Positions 61,956 to 64,000 of a DNA stretch of 64,000 bases are shown here, piece by piece (the stretch's first letter is position 1; each line of letters opens with the position of its first letter). A model generated the notes under the pieces. It saw only the letters and a program-made list of their open reading frames with translations. It ran no database searches and was not told the DNA's origin. The position numbers were made by a program, and so were the translations under genes. This DNA is from Malacoraja senta. Taxonomy: Eukaryota. The DNA lies in NCBI GenBank assembly GCA_038087875.1, contig CM075992.1:12774001-12838000 (forward strand), given 5' to 3'.

Positions 61956-62916
61956 ACACAATTTCATGGCGGACACACACACACACACACGCGCACACAC
62001 TCACCCACACACCCACCCACACCCACCCACACACTCACCCACACACACCCACACACACACACACCCACACAGCGCCGGGCGCTGATCGGCTCACGAACGG
62101 GCCGACTCAGCCCTTAGAAAGCGTCTGATGAAGTCCGGATTACAAATGGGGGGAATGGGGGCGATACATGGGGAGATTATCCCCCACCTCTGAAAGCAGT
62201 GGGGAGGGGGGGGGGGGCGGGGCGCGACCCCCGTCCCTCCCAGGATTTCCACCCATGCTTGCACGGAGGCTGCTCCATGGCCGGAGCTGCAGCGAGTGAC
62301 TCTCCAGCCCCGCAAATACTCGCCTGCCCCGGCTCCCCGTCTGCATCTGCACCCGCCGCTGCTTCTGCTGCCATCCCTCCCTCCGCCCGGCTGTCCAACA
62401 CCCACAACCAGATTGCCCAGAACACAGCATCGCCTCGTCCAAAGCCGGAGATATTGAAACATATCTAGCCAAAAAAGTGGGGCGGCTGCAGCCCCCGCAA
62501 ATCCTTAAATTCCGACTGCCGCTGGGAGCAGGACATGGCCTCACTTGCTGCGCTGGGTGACACACATTCACTGCCCGGTCCGTGTCTTTAAATACAAATT
62601 TGCATGGGGACATGCATTGGAGGTGTGTGACGGTTCAGTCAAGTGAGAATAACAGAGAATAAGAATGCTGCTGCCATGTCAACAGACGCGCACATAAGCA
62701 GTTGATATTAGTTTTGAAATTCTCGTTGATCACAGAATTTCTCACGACAGAGTGTGAGAAATTCTGTGATCAGCGTGAGAACGTGAGAATTGGGCGAACT
62801 GATAGAGTCTCACACTCAAAGCGTGAGAGTTGGCAGCTCTGGACATTAAAAGTGGCATCTCCTGCATGAACTGCCTGCTCTACCTGCATGCTTACTTTCA
62901 GTGACTGATGTACAAG

Positions 62917-63100
62917 CAGGGCCTATGAGAGGGTGGTGCAGGGGGTACATCGTACCTGGGCCCAGAGTCCAAAAGGGGGCTCGGGAGACAAAGGCAATTT
63001 CCTGAAATCTCAGAAAATGTTTGCATATATTTTGTGAAGATTAGCATTCACATTTTGTGTGAGCCTACATGGTTTTATATATCGTAATTCGTAGAATTAC
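62917..63100 (+). mobile_element. Possible hAT-like DNA transposon terminus
   Basis: Begins cagggcc...gggggtacatcgtacctgggccc. The partner end is not within the window. Confidence 0.4.
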
Positions 63101-63691
63101 GGACCTAGCAGAGTCATCACTACTGATGGTCTTACCTACTGCAGGAGGGGAGCACTAGGACCCAGCAGAGTCATCACTACTGATGGGTCTTCCCTGTAGC
63201 AGGAGGGGAGCACTAGGACCCAGCAGAGTCATCACTACTGATGGGTCTTCCCTGTAGCAGGAGGGGAGCACTAGGACCCAGCAGAGTCATCACTACTGAT
63301 GGGTCTTCCCTGTAGCAGGAGGGGAGCACTAGGACCCAGCAGAGTCATCACTACTGATGGGTCTTCCCTGTAGCAGGAGGGGAGCACTAGGACCCAGCAG
63401 AGTCATCACTACTGATGGGTCTTCCCTGTTGCAGGAGGGGAGCACTAGGACCCAGCAGAGTCATCACTACTGATGGGTCTTCCCTGTAGCAGGAGGGGAG
63501 CACTAGGACCCAGCAGAGTCATCACTACTGATGGGTCTTCCCTGTAGCAGGAGGGGAGCACTAGGACCCAGCAGAGTCATCACAACTGATGGGTCTTCCC
63601 TGTAGCAGGAGGGGAGCACTAGGACCCAGCAGAGTCATCACTACTGATGGGTCTTCCCTGTAGCAGGAGGGGAGCACTAGGACCCAGCAGA
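63101..63691 (+). repeat. 58 bp minisatellite, ~10 near-identical copies
   Basis: Unit ggacccagcagagtcatcactactgatgggtcttccctgtagcaggaggggagcacta; the 2-nt shift per 60-nt line confirms period 58. Confidence 0.97.
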
Positions 63692-64000
63692 CACAGACCA
63701 CGTGCTGTCTGCATGGTGGAGGTTGTGGGCCTCGTGCTGCGCCTGGAACTCTGGTGAGGTGACGGCTCTGGCCCGCTGGTGGCCGGTGGAGAGGCGAGGG
63801 TCGGCGGAGTCGCTGGTGGAGGCCCGTGGGGAGCTGGAGTAGAGATACGGGCAGCAGCATCGGTGGCTTTCTGAAGACAGTGAAGGTCGGCGACAGTGGC
63901 TGTGGTGGCCCCGCCCGGGGAGGTGGTGAGAGTCGGCGGCTGCGGCAGTTTCAGTGGCCCGGGCCTGGGTGTGTTGGGTGTGTCAATGGGTGTGGGTGTG

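Noticed and set aside
58246..62841. Single 4.6 kb hAT element defined by cagggctgccaac / gttggcagctctg
   Set aside because: The 12/13 TIR match is suggestive, but the flanking 8-mers (gtcatgtg vs gacattaa) do not form a TSD and no transposase is seen, so the pairing is unsupported.

Overview
This is repeat-dominated vertebrate DNA, most likely from a cartilaginous fish (skate/ray-like). That assignment is inferred from the V-SINE/HE1-like SINEs, abundant CR1 LINEs and Penelope-derived palindromic repeats. The only host gene I can support is the 3' part (TM3 to C-tail, 5-6 exons, + strand, 1511-9912) of an ADGRE/EMR/CD97-type adhesion GPCR. The rest is a nest of mobile DNA: CR1, Rex/Babar, L2, L1 and Penelope fragments, three Helitron-type elements, a 5.5 kb segment bounded by ~540 bp inverted repeats, and two abutting satellite arrays (~78 bp monomer, 22.8-30.1 kb; CpG-rich 25 bp monomer, 30.7-54.9 kb). 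Highlights are (1) a 78 bp satellite that starts directly inside a Helitron 3' end; (2) a DIRS retrotransposon with 100% terminus/ICR identity but ruined ORFs; (3) an L1 flanked by a ~355 bp duplication; (4) fold-back and templated-inversion scars in the arrays; and (5) minimal hammerhead-ribozyme cores in the Penelope-derived repeats. Coordinates were read by eye, so degraded repeat boundaries are approximate. No database searches were run.
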